DNA from: Octopus vulgaris | Lineage: Eukaryota | Direction: 5' to 3' | DNA: 64,000 bases | NCBI GenBank assembly: GCA_951406725.2 | Contig: OX597817.1 | Coordinates: forward strand, 47,554,001-47,618,000 | Shown: piece by piece, positions 53,375-64,000 of the stretch | How the letters are laid out: each line of letters starts with the position of its first letter | How positions within the stretch are numbered: position 1 is the stretch's first letter | Program-made: the position numbers and the translations under genes | Notes under the pieces: generated by a model | Seen by the model: only the letters and a program-made list of their open reading frames with translations | Databases searched by the model: none | Told to the model about the DNA's origin: nothing

Positions 53375-53917
53375 GCACAAATATTCTGTACGTGAGAAGA
53401 CCAGGCAGGACAAGTGAGCCCAGCCCACTTATGAATGCCTTTCCTCCCTTGGACACAAAGACCTGTTGAGGCAAGCGAAGTCGATATAGAACCTCATCCG
53501 ACGACAGGCACCCATGCCAACCCCTCTGCTTGCGAAGACATGTTGGGGCAAGCGAAATCGAAATCGAAACCGAATTGAACCAGCCAGGATCTCTGGTCTG
53601 GTGGTACGTAAAAAGCACTATCCGACTCGTGGCCGATGCCAGCACCGCCTCGACTGGCTTCCGTGCCGGTGGCACATAAAATACACCAATCCGACCGTGG
53701 CCGTTGCCAGCCTCACCTGGCACCTGTGCAGGTGGCACGTAAAAAGCACCCACTACACTCACGGAGTGGTTGGCGTTAGGAAGGGCATCCAGCTGTAGAA
53801 ACATTGCCAGATTAGACTGGAGCCTGGTGCAGCCTTCTGGCTTCCCAGATCCCCGGTCGAATCGTCCAACCCATGCTAGCATGGAGAACGGACGTTAAAC
53901 GATGATGATGATGATGA
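53375..53917 (+). mobile_element. SINE family A: (GAT)n-tailed, RTE-related non-autonomous retroelement (representative copy)
   Basis: Core GTTGGCGTTAGGAAGGGCATCCAGCTGTAGAAA; 3' palindrome CCATGCTAGCATGG; (GAT)n tail. Other copies: ~640-840(-), 5160-5440(-), 11815-12160(-), 18303-18575(+), 19665-19940(-), 22700-22955(+), 24945-25327(+), 32165-32560(-), 38425-38870(-), 41145-41280(-), 52433-52930(-), 53918-54475(-), 55307-55540(-), 61885-62021(+), 63245-63610(+). The RTE link is inferred from the AGGAAGGGCATCC motif. Confidence 0.8.
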
Positions 53918-55068
53918 TTTCCATGCTAGCATGGGTTGGACGATTTTGACTGAGGGCTGGGGAGCCAGATAGCTGCACCAGGTTCCAATCTTGATCTGGC
54001 AGAGTTTCTACAGTTGGATGCCCTTCCTAATGCCAACCACTCCGAGAGTATAGTGGGTGCTTTTTACGTGCCACCGGCACGGGGTCCTGTCAAGCGGTAC
54101 TGGCAATGACCTTGCTCGAATCTTTTTACAGGTGCCACTGGCACAGGCGCCAGTGAAGCGACGTTGGTAACGATCACGCTTGAATGGTGCCCTTTTATGT
54201 GCCAGTTGGCTGCTCTGGTAATGATCACACTCGAATGGTGCCTTTTATGTGTCACTGGCACAGAAGCCAGTTAGCAGCTCTGGCAACAATCATGCTCAGA
54301 TGGCGCTTATAGCACCCTACTAGCACGGAGCAGAAGTGCCAGTAAGGCAACGCTGGTAACGATCACGCCCTTTTATGTGCCAGTTGGCTGCTCTGGCAAC
54401 GAGGTGCTCTTGGCACCCTACTAGCACAGGCATAAGTGCCAGTAAGGCGATGCTGGTAACGATCATACTCGAATAGCTGATGTTTAAAACATTCCTAGAG
54501 TGTGCTTTGTGAATATAGTCTGGCATCTTGTCACCACCATTTTGATCTCTCATTCAGCCACTCTCAGCAACCCTCACATAATAAGAGGTAGCCATGTATG
54601 TCTTGTCTTGGTCTTTCATTCAGTACCTAGCAATAAAGTCACCCCCGTTTCTCTCAAATTCACTCCCACTCAATCAAGAGAGCCTTTTCCTTTCTTTACT
54701 TTGTCTTATGAGTTACTTGGCAACCTCACTAGTAACAGATTCATGAAAAAAAAAATAAATAAATAAAGCTCCCAGTACATACTGTAAAGTTGTTGGCATT
54801 AGGAAGGACATCCAGTCATAGAAACCCTGTCAAAGCTGACATTAGGGCCCAACATAGTTCTGAGGCTTGTGATGTTAGGAAAGGCATCCAGCCACAAAAA
54901 CCATGCCGAAACAGACAGAAGCATAGCACAGGCTCCTGCCTGGCCAGCTCCTATCAGACCATCCAACTCAGGCCTGCATGGAAGGCAGACATTAAACAAT
55001 GATGATGATGATATATCATCATCCTCATTGTTTAATATCCATTTTCCATGCTGGCATGACACTATATA

Positions 55069-55298
55069 CAGGGTGGCCCAAAAGTAGCTTTACAGTTATT
55101 CAACTATCTCTTTCACATTCATATATTAACAGTTTAGATCTTAATTATAAAAAAAATATGAAACCATTATTCTATGCTAATTTAATTTTGTGAAGCTCCC
55201 TTTTAAATTTGTAAGATAGAAATTTAAATGTAATAAAATGTTTTAAAAGAAATTTAAAGTGCCTACGTGATAATTAAACTTACTTTTGGGCCACCCTG
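55069..55298. mobile_element. Tc1/mariner-type MITE
   Basis: TA|CAGGGTGGCCCAAAAGTA ... TACTTTTGGGCCACCCTG|TA. Confidence 0.9.
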
Positions 55299-55844
55299 TA
55301 TATATACATCATCATCATCGTTTAACGTCCGTTTTCCATGCTTGCAGTTCTTCTGGGTTCTGGGAAGCCAGGAGGCTGCACCAGGCTCCAGTCTGATCTG
55401 GCAGTGTTTCTACAGCTTGATGCCCTTCCTAACGCCAACCACTCTGTGAGTGTAGTGGGTGTTTTTTATGTGCCAGAGGTGGCTGGCAACAACCATGATC
55501 GGTTGGTTCAAGGCAGCACTGGCATCAGCCACATTCGGAACATACATACATATATATATATATATACATACATACATACATACATGCACACAGACAACTG
55601 GCTTCTTTCAGTTTCCTTCTACCAAACCCACTCATGAGGCTTTGGTTGGCCTGGGATTATAGTAGAAGACATGTGCCCAAAATGCCATGCAGTGGGACTG
55701 AACCCAAGGCCACATGGTTGGGAAGCAAGCTTCTTAACCACACAGCCATACCTTGCAAATACCTAAATGATGTAACATAGATTGCAAAGAGTGTCAAGCG
55801 AGGAAATAATATATGATGCCGATAAAGAAGCAAAACAATGATAG

Positions 55845-55885
<41 letters not shown>

Positions 55886-55927
55886 CACACACATTGTAAT
55901 AGAAATAGATAGGTGGAAGATAAATAC

Positions 55928-56114
55928 CTTTTGATGGCCTCTAAAATATCCTCTTCTAACACTGATGGTGGAGTAAATTGCCTCTTCTCACACCCGTGGT
56001 GCTTCTGTAGATCTTTAATAGCTTGGATAATAAGCTGGGTTTCTTTCACACCCCGTTTTATTGCACGCATTAAATCCTGTTGGAGAATATTGTCAGAACT
56101 TGATTCCAGCATCA
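55928..56114 (-). CDS. PNPT1: PNPT1 (mitochondrial PNPase) internal coding exon, 187 nt; end of RNase PH domain 1 into the helical domain
   Basis: Acceptor tttttttttatattttcAG; donor AAAAG|GTattt. Translates (V)[61 protein letters not shown], which resembles human PNPT1 [36 protein letters not shown] (recalled, not searched). Phase 1 in, phase 2 out. Confidence 0.93.
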
Positions 56115-56202
56115 CTGAAAATATAAAAAAAAAATTATCTATGTAAGAAAAATATTCTTAGAATTTGGAAATTTTACATTTATGCAAAACATAAAAATGA
56201 AA

Positions 56203-56302
56203 NNNNNNNNNNNNNNNNNNNNNNNNNNNNNNNNNNNNNNNNNNNNNNNNNNNNNNNNNNNNNNNNNNNNNNNNNNNNNNNNNNNNNNNNNNNNNNNNNN
56301 NN
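56203..56302. other. Assembly gap (100 N)
   Basis: A run of exactly 100 N, a typical placeholder for a gap of unknown size. Confidence 0.99.
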
Positions 56303-56314
56303 TGTGCCTCCACA

Positions 56315-56372
<58 letters not shown>

Positions 56373-56412
56373 TCCAACCCATGCGAGCATGGAAAACAGA
56401 CATTAAAAGATG

Positions 56413-56521
<109 letters not shown>

Positions 56522-58062
56522 ATAGGTCCAACCCATGCCAGCATGGAAAACAGACATTAAAAGATGTTATATATATATATATATATATAAACACACGCAC
56601 ACACACATATAGATACATATGTCTGTAGAATAAAATGTTACCAGGAAATGTTTTTATTTTATTCAAATAAAATTTTGCTAATACATGTTAACCTTTATTC
56701 TAAAGTTCAATACTTAAATATATATCATCATCATCATATATATATATATAACAAAAAGATGTTGATCTGACGTTTTGTGTTTCCGTCACTCTTCAGCTTA
56801 TAGAGTTATCTAGTACTGTTTCTGAAGAAGAGCTTTGCTCAAAACAAAAAAAAACACCCTTCTGTCCTTCCCTGAGCATCAGCTAATACTTTACATGTAC
56901 CATATGCTCGTGTTGTTTTTTTTTTGTGTTTGTTCTTTGTTTTTTTTTATTTACTATATATACACACAAACACACATATACATGTGTGTCTGTTGTTTGT
57001 GTTCCTCCACCACCCACTGCTTAACAACTGATATTGGGTTGTTTGCATCCGTGTAACTTAGCAGTTCATCAAAAGAAACTGACAGTATAAGTGCCAAAGT
57101 TTTTTAAAAAAGTAAGAAATGGGGGCAATTTGTTCAATGACAACCCTCATGGCAATGCCCCAGTATGGCCACAGACCAATAACTAAAACAAGGAAAAAAT
57201 GAAACAGGGACAAACACCAATCCTCTATGTCATCAGCTTGTAAAATTGTTAAGATATTAAGATATGTTCTTAACATGAAACCAATGGTAGCCTTAATACA
57301 CAAATAAAGAAATTTTAACCACCGATGTGGTGTTGAGTACTCATTCTCACTGTTTGACATTTATGCATGTGTACACCTTAGCTATTAGCAAAAAAAAGGC
57401 AGGTTTTGTAACATATCAAAATGCACAACCAACTCAACTTGGATGTGTCGTCTTAAATGCTATAGACTGCAGCAAATGTCCTGAGAAATGATCAAAGGAT
57501 ATACAAATTAATGTTGGTTACAAAGGCTGCTTCCATCACAAATAGGTATTTATACACAATACCCCCTTGTGGGTAGTAAAGAAATGGGTATTTATACACA
57601 GTAGGTATTTAAGGTGGCAAGCTGGCAGAAACGTTAGCACGCCGAGCAAAATGCTTAACAGTATTTCGTTTGCCGCTACGTTCTGAGTTTAAATTCCACC
57701 GAGGTCAACTTTGCCTTTCATCCTTTCGGGGTCGATAAATTAAGTACCAGTTACTCACTGGGGTCGAAGTAAACGATTTGATCTGTTTGTCTGTCCTTGT
57801 TTGTCCTCTTTGTGTTTTTAGCCCCTTGTGGGTAGTAATGAATTAGGTATTTATACACAACCCACCAGCTTTTTGCAACTTCACTGACTATTTAGTCAAT
57901 GTTAAATTATAATCGATTTGATGGAATTTCAATCTGGCATTTAATTGTAGGGTACCTACTGCTGAGGAAGTGCAAATTATGCTAAAATCATGTGATATAA
58001 TAATCCCATAAGCAGTTGCTGACGAAATTTCATCTGCCAACATAATCTGTGCTTTTTAGCAC

Positions 58063-58543
58063 TTAACCCTTTCGCAACTGTATTTATTTTGAGATTATCT
58101 GTGCTTCTTTCAATTACTTTAAATATAACAAAGAATTTAGAAAAATAACTTAGTTATCATTAAGCTAGTGTTAGGAACATAAATTTTGACTAAGGTTTCG
58201 TGGAAGATTTTAATTCAAAACTTATGAAAACAAGACATTTGTATTAGAGAGCCACAGGCAGTTTCAGCCAGGTTGGTATCAAAAGGGTTAAGAATTGTTT
58301 CTGCATTATATATTTTAACCCTTTTGTTACCATATTTATTTTGAGGTGCTCTGTGTTTCTTTCAATTGATTTTAAATATAACAAAGAATTTAGTAAAATA
58401 ACTTAGTTATCACTAAGTTGGTGTTAGGAACATAAATTGAGACTAAGGTTTGGTGGAAGATTTTAATTCAAAACTCATGAAAACAAGACATTTGTACTCA
58501 GAGCCAGAGCCGGTTTCAGCTGGATTGGTAACGAAAGGGTTAA
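58063..58543. mobile_element. Two adjacent 221-bp piggyBac-type MITEs (58067-58287, 58319-58539)
   Basis: Each reads TTAA|CCCTTT ... AAAGGG|TTAA; the bodies are homologous but diverged. A partial third copy is inverted at ~23610-23718. Confidence 0.88.
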
Positions 58544-59823
58544 TGCCAATACAAGATGATTCCTCAGGACAATTTCACAGCTTACAGAATGTGCATAAGT
58601 GTATAAATATAGAGGAGGGGGGAGGATGTTACAGTCTTCTTGCCTTGACTAGATGTGATCATTGTAAACGAGTGTGACTGTTATGCAGGTGGAGTCCTTC
58701 CTTTTCACTCTTCCATGAAAATATGTTCAATCATGGAGAAATATCTCACTTGGAAACAGGTGAAGATTGATGATATGAAGAGCATCCAGTCATAGAAAAT
58801 ACGACTCAATGAATTCCACCTAACCCATGCAGGCATGGAAAAGATGGACGTTAAAAATGACAACGACGATGATGATGATGATGATGGATTGTGCAATTTA
58901 TTGTGCAAAGGAACAAGGGAATAACTAACTATGGAAACAAGAAAGGGTTGGTGAAAAGAAATGTATCCAGACATAGAATAATGCCATAACAAAAATTGAT
59001 CCGTTCCATGCCAGTAAGGGGAAAAGCAGGCATAACAACAACAACAACAATGCTACCATTGAAGACAATGATGACGGCTTTAAACAAAAGAAGATTTAGC
59101 TAACTGATTAACTAAATTCAATTTGGAAATATCAGATTTTTTTCACCTTGTTCACTGACAACATTTGTTTTGTTACTAGTGGTTCTTTCTTTGGAAATGA
59201 AGAATGCCACAGACATAGAAATGCCATTTTCTGCGTCTGAGGTAATTGTCTTCAAAGCCATTCTTTTCGAAGAAGACCAAGTGTCTCGACCATTTGTGAA
59301 TTATTCACTCCTAATGCTAAATCAACTTACTGCAATTTATTAATTTATTTCTTTTATTTTTTCTCCTATGATCTTTTATTATTCATTACATCATTCAATG
59401 CAACTATTCATGCACACATATTGTGTGTGTGTGTAGGTGCATTTTTTTGCGCACACACATATCTATTTAGGTGCAGAGTAGCAAGTGACTAACTTGAGCA
59501 ATATATATAAACAGGGTGTGCTGAATATATTGTCGTCTAAATTACGCAAAAATGAAAATAACAGACATCTCATTTTAACAGATATATTGACCAAAATTAC
59601 ATAAGAATATCTTGAAAAACTAATTACTATTACTCTTTTACTTGTTTCAGTCATTTGACTATGGTCATGCTGGAGCACCACCTTTAGTCGAGCACTTATT
59701 TTATCAGTCTCTTTTGCCGAACTGCTAAGTTACGGGGACGTAAACACACCAGCATCGGATGTCAAGCAATGTTGGGGGGGGGGGGGTACAAACACAGACA
59801 CACAAACAAAACACACACATATA

Positions 59824-61076
59824 TCTCTTATTATAAAAGGCAGATTTTATCTGCCTCCCTTTGGGAGTTATACAAATCTACAATATAGGATTTCTTCAAT
59901 TACAATTTACCTAGCATTTTTAAGAGTACAATGCATCGCGTCATGCCAGGTCCAGTTTTTAAAATTTAAACTCCAATTAAGCAAAATTTACAGAAAACTC
60001 ACATTCTGGTGTGTGTGTCAAATGCTTTTCTTAGTCTGGTTTACACCACACGCAAACGCACACACACACAAAGGGAGCGAATTGTTTCACTGACGCTATC
60101 ACCCTTCTCCTCCTTTGTCTTTGCAAGTTTGCAGCTATTAAAGTGAAAACAGTGAATCCGACAGCGATAAAGAAAACGAATTGGTACCTGAATGGAGTGA
60201 AAATTTAAAAACTGTTTCTTTCGGTGAGTTTTCTGAAGAAACTGGACCAAGCCACAGACTTTCCCAGAAGAGTAAAGCCTTAGACTATTTCTATTTACTT
60301 TTTCGAATGAGCCTATTTGAAATCATTACGCTAAACGTAAACAAACCGAAAGAAAGGATAGTTTGTTATTTCCCACAACCTTAAATGAAATTAAGGCCTA
60401 TTTTGCCATAAATATTATTATGGGTATCAGAAAGTTACCCAGAATAACAAATTCTATTGTAAAATTTTGTTGTATACCCAATTGAATATTAGCTAATAAC
60501 CCATTTTCTATAGCGATGTTTGAACAAAATTTTAATAATTTTACAGAAAGTTACCCAGAATAACAAATTCTATCGTAAAATTTTGTTGTATACCCAATTG
60601 AATATTAGCTAATAACCCATTTTCTATAGCGATGTTTGAACAAAATTTTAATAATTTTACAGAAAGTTACCCAGAATAACAAATTCTATCGTAAAATTTT
60701 GTTGTATACCCAATTGAATATTAGCTAATAACCCATTTTCTATAGCGATGTTTGAACAAAATTTTAATAATTTTACAGAAAGTTACCCAGAATAACAAAC
60801 GAGCCCTTCTGGGTATTAGCGCGCGTCTACGATGAGTCTACGATTTAAAAAAAAATTACCATCATATTTTTCCATTTTAATGCATTTTTTCGCTTTTATA
60901 TAAGGGAAGTAACTCTCTAAAAATATCTATGATGTGTCAACGATTTAAAGAAAAATTTACCTTAATTTTTTTTCAATTTTTAATGCATTTTTTGCTATTT
61001 TTTGGCTATAACTCTCTAAAAATGCTTATATAGTTATTTCCCTTACAACCCGAGCAACGCCGGGCGATACTGCTAG
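59824..61076 (+). mobile_element. Non-autonomous Helitron
   Basis: Inserted between A and T; 5' TCTCTTATTATAAA; 3' hairpin CCCGAGC-AAC-GCCGGG (61049-61064), then ...CTAG; no TSD. Confidence 0.85.
60428..60799. repeat. 116-bp tandem repeat, 3 near-identical copies plus a partial fourth
   Basis: cagaaagttacccagaataacaaa at 60428, 60544, 60660 and 60776. Confidence 0.95.
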
Positions 61077-61266
61077 TATATATATATATATACATATATA
61101 CGACAGGCTTTTTTCAGTTTCCGTCTACCAAATCCACTCACAAGGCTTTGGTCGGCCCGAGGCTATAGTAAAAGACACTTGCCCAAGGTGCCACACAGTG
61201 GGACTGAATTCAGAACCATGTGGTTCATAAGCAAGCTACTTACCACACAACCACTCCTATGCCTAT

Positions 61267-61800
61267 GGGTGTAAATTTTTTAAATAAAATTGCCATTGGC
61301 TTCAACCACGGCCTCCAGAAAACTTCAGAATCTCCTGCAACTCTTCTGGATGGTCTCCTTATATAAGTTGGTGAATGCTGCCATAATCCTTGCCTTCAGT
61401 TCATCTTTGGTGTTACAAGGAGTTTTGTCAGTGTCTCACTCAACTGCACCCCACACATAATAATCAAGGGGGTTGTAGTCTGGGGAGTTAGGTGGCCAGA
61501 TGTTATGGGTGATGTAGTCATAGAAATCACCTGACAACCATGACTGGTTTCTCCTGCCTGTGTGGTATGGTGCGGAGTCCTGTTGCCAGACATAGGATCT
61601 TCCAGCAGCCACCCTCTTGACCCAGGGCAGCACTACCTCCTCCAGACATTTGATGCAGGCCTCTGTGTTGAGTCTGAGGCTGTGTGGGAAGATGAATGGC
61701 AGCATAACGTCACCATCACTGGTGATCACTCCAAACACCATGATGTTGACGGGATGTTTGATTTTTATCACTCTCAGTACATGCCCAAAGATTGCACTGT
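61267..61800 (-). pseudogene. DD37D (maT-family) Tc1/mariner transposase C-terminal relic; its terminal segment is probably at 59512-59630
   Basis: IMVFGVITSDG...WQQDSAPYH...WPPNSPDYNPLDYYVWGAVE has exactly 37 residues between the QQD Asp and the NPLD Asp. The C-terminus reads LEAVVEANGNFI*. A CAGGGTG terminus sits at 59512. Confidence 0.85.
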
Positions 61801-62060
61801 CCTCAGATTGACACCCAAACACTCTGAAACGTTTATATTGGAGCTTCCAGTGTGAATTCCATATATATATATATATATATATATAGGCGTTAGGAAGGGC
61901 ATCCAGCTGTAGAAACCTTGCCAGATCAAGATTGGAGCCTGGTGCAGCCATCTGGTTCACCAGTCCTCAGTCAAATCATCCAACCCATGCTAGCATGGAA
62001 AGCGGACGTTGATGATGATGATATATATACAATCACATGCATATAAACACACATATCAAA

Positions 62061-62104
<44 letters not shown>

Positions 62105-63019
62105 GTGCACACATGCATGCACGCGCGCACGCACACATGCATGCACGCATGCCTGTGGGACCTGGCTTTATTTCGGGCGTACGTCGGAGCTTGTGCGTGT
62201 GTGCCTGTAGATTCGCATGCGCCCGCACCGCAAGAGTTTTCTCCATCAATCTTTCAGTTGCGAAGTGTGTCCTTGCATGCATATATATACACACATATAA
62301 ACCCTTACATTTGTACACACACGCACATACATACATACATTCACTCCCACGCACGTACACACACACATTTACATATATATACAATACACGCACACACATA
62401 CACACGTACAAACACACACTAATTCACATACACACCGACACATATACAAACACACAACATATACCTCCATGCGCACGCACACATACACATACGTACACAC
62501 ATAAGCACAGACACACACATACATACGCACACATACGCACGCACATGCACGAAAAAAAAACCCACAACCCCATGGATACACGCATATACATCCATTTACG
62601 CTTACACACACACACATATACGGACACACAACTACACGCACATACATACATACACACGCACACATACACTAAGTTAAGCACAGTTACTCGCCATACACAC
62701 AAAAAAAAACGCACACATACACACACACATACTACAACAAAACACACACATGATACATATACACGCACACACACATACCTCCCTGTTTCTGACCTGCCTT
62801 TCTGACTTGCTTGGGTACCCCCACACCACTCCTTAATTCTACTACTGCCTGCTACTAGCCATTGTCCACCATACACACACACACACACACACATACTCAC
62901 ACACACTTGTCATCTCACACACCTTTTTTAGCATTCCTTCTTTGATATAGCTCTCTTGTTTTTAAAAACATTTTCCTCCATTTTTACCACTTCCATCTTT
63001 TACTATGTGACCACCAGTA

Positions 63020-63195
63020 ATTTTTTTATCCTCTGTCCTCCCATCTCGGGACCTTTCCTTCTCCTATGTTTCCGACGAAGAGCTCTGCTTGAAACGTCAA
63101 ACCCTCCTTCTTCCCTTCTTTCCTGAGCATCCAATAATACTTTATTTGTGCCACATCCTTGCGTTGTTGTCTTTTTGTTTTCTTGTTTGGATTAA

Positions 63196-63200
<5 letters not shown>
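63020..63200 (+). mobile_element. Penelope-like terminal-repeat fragment carrying a minimal hammerhead motif (second copy ~56780-56950)
   Basis: GTTT-CCGACGA-A-GAGCtctGCTT-GAAAC-GTC-AAAC at 63068-63102; the homologue GTTT-CTGAAGA-A-GAGCtttGCTC-AAAAC is at 56818. Both are followed by ...cctgagcatc...taatacttta. Confidence 0.6.
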
Positions 63201-63237
<37 letters not shown>

Positions 63238-64000
63238 GAGACATGTTGAGTCAAGTACGTCAACATCAAAATAAAATTCAAATGGAAATTGTAGTTAAGA
63301 CACCTGTACTGGTGACACGTAAAAAGCACCGTCCGAACGTGGCAGATACTAGCGCCACCTGACTGGCATCTGTGTTGGTGACACGTAAAAGCACCAACCA
63401 ATCGTGGCCGTTTGCCAGCCTGCTTTGGCACGTAAAAAACACCCACTACACTCACGGAGCAGTTGGCGTTAGGAAGGGCATCCAGCTGTAGAAACATTGC
63501 CAAATCAGACTAGAGCCTGGTGCAGCCTCCATGGCTTACCAGACCCCGGTCAAACCGTCCAACCCATGCTAGCATGGAAAACGGACATTAAATGATGATG
63601 ATGATGATGATAAAGACATACATACACACATGTACATATCAAACCATACACACACACCACATCACAGGCATGCAATATGTATATGAACATGAGAGGGAAA
63701 GAGAGAGTAAAGAAAGATGTGTGAATAATTTCAACACTGCATAACTGTAGAATGACCACTGAAGCCTTTCTCGAATGATGAAGCATCAATCTTTAATGTG
63801 CTTTCACCAACTTTTCCTGGCCATGTATCACTATATGCGTGTGTTTGAGTTTGGAGTATGTAAATTAGAAGAAACTCATTTAAAAACAATATTTCTTTCT
63901 TAGAATTTCCTTGCCTACATAATGACAGCAACAACAAATAAGGCCACACAACATAGGCTGTAGTACTTAACACATCTTGTTTTGGCAAGTTAAGTAGTAA

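Noticed and set aside
54060-54475. Repeat-spacer-like periodicity suggestive of a CRISPR array
   Set aside because: The 'spacers' are homologous to each other, the units are internal subrepeats of a SINE, and the context is eukaryotic with no cas genes.
63731-63988. Possible upstream PNPT1 exon (also 57190-57380 and 59145-59330)
   Set aside because: No frame I read resembles PNPase N-terminal motifs, and splice signals are unconvincing.

Overview
This is eukaryotic, AT-rich, repeat-saturated DNA. The SINE families and microsatellite load look like an octopod cephalopod (Octopus-like); that is an inference from repeat style only. Almost all ORFs in the supplied track are microsatellite or repeat artefacts. 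The real coding signal is three small minus-strand exons (56114-55928, 53294-53243, 11510-11453). They splice in frame through GT-AG introns into a peptide that matches the middle of mitochondrial polynucleotide phosphorylase (PNPT1). The introns are 2.6 kb and about 41.7 kb, and the next intron runs off the window start. A plus-strand, terminal-exon-like segment (3164-3246) suggests an antisense gene nested in a PNPT1 intron. The introns are filled with three abundant SINE families, R4/Dong-type retrotransposon 3' ends stacked in (TAA)n, CR1 and RTE relics, mariner, DD37D/maT and piggyBac transposase relics, TA- and TTAA-MITEs, three non-autonomous Helitrons (two with internal tandem arrays), and Penelope-like fragments with minimal hammerhead motifs. 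There are also several long, near-perfect RNA hairpins. One 100-N assembly gap lies at 56203-56302. I see no prokaryotic-type system or CRISPR array. Repeat boundaries are approximate (about +/-10-20 bp) unless termini are quoted.
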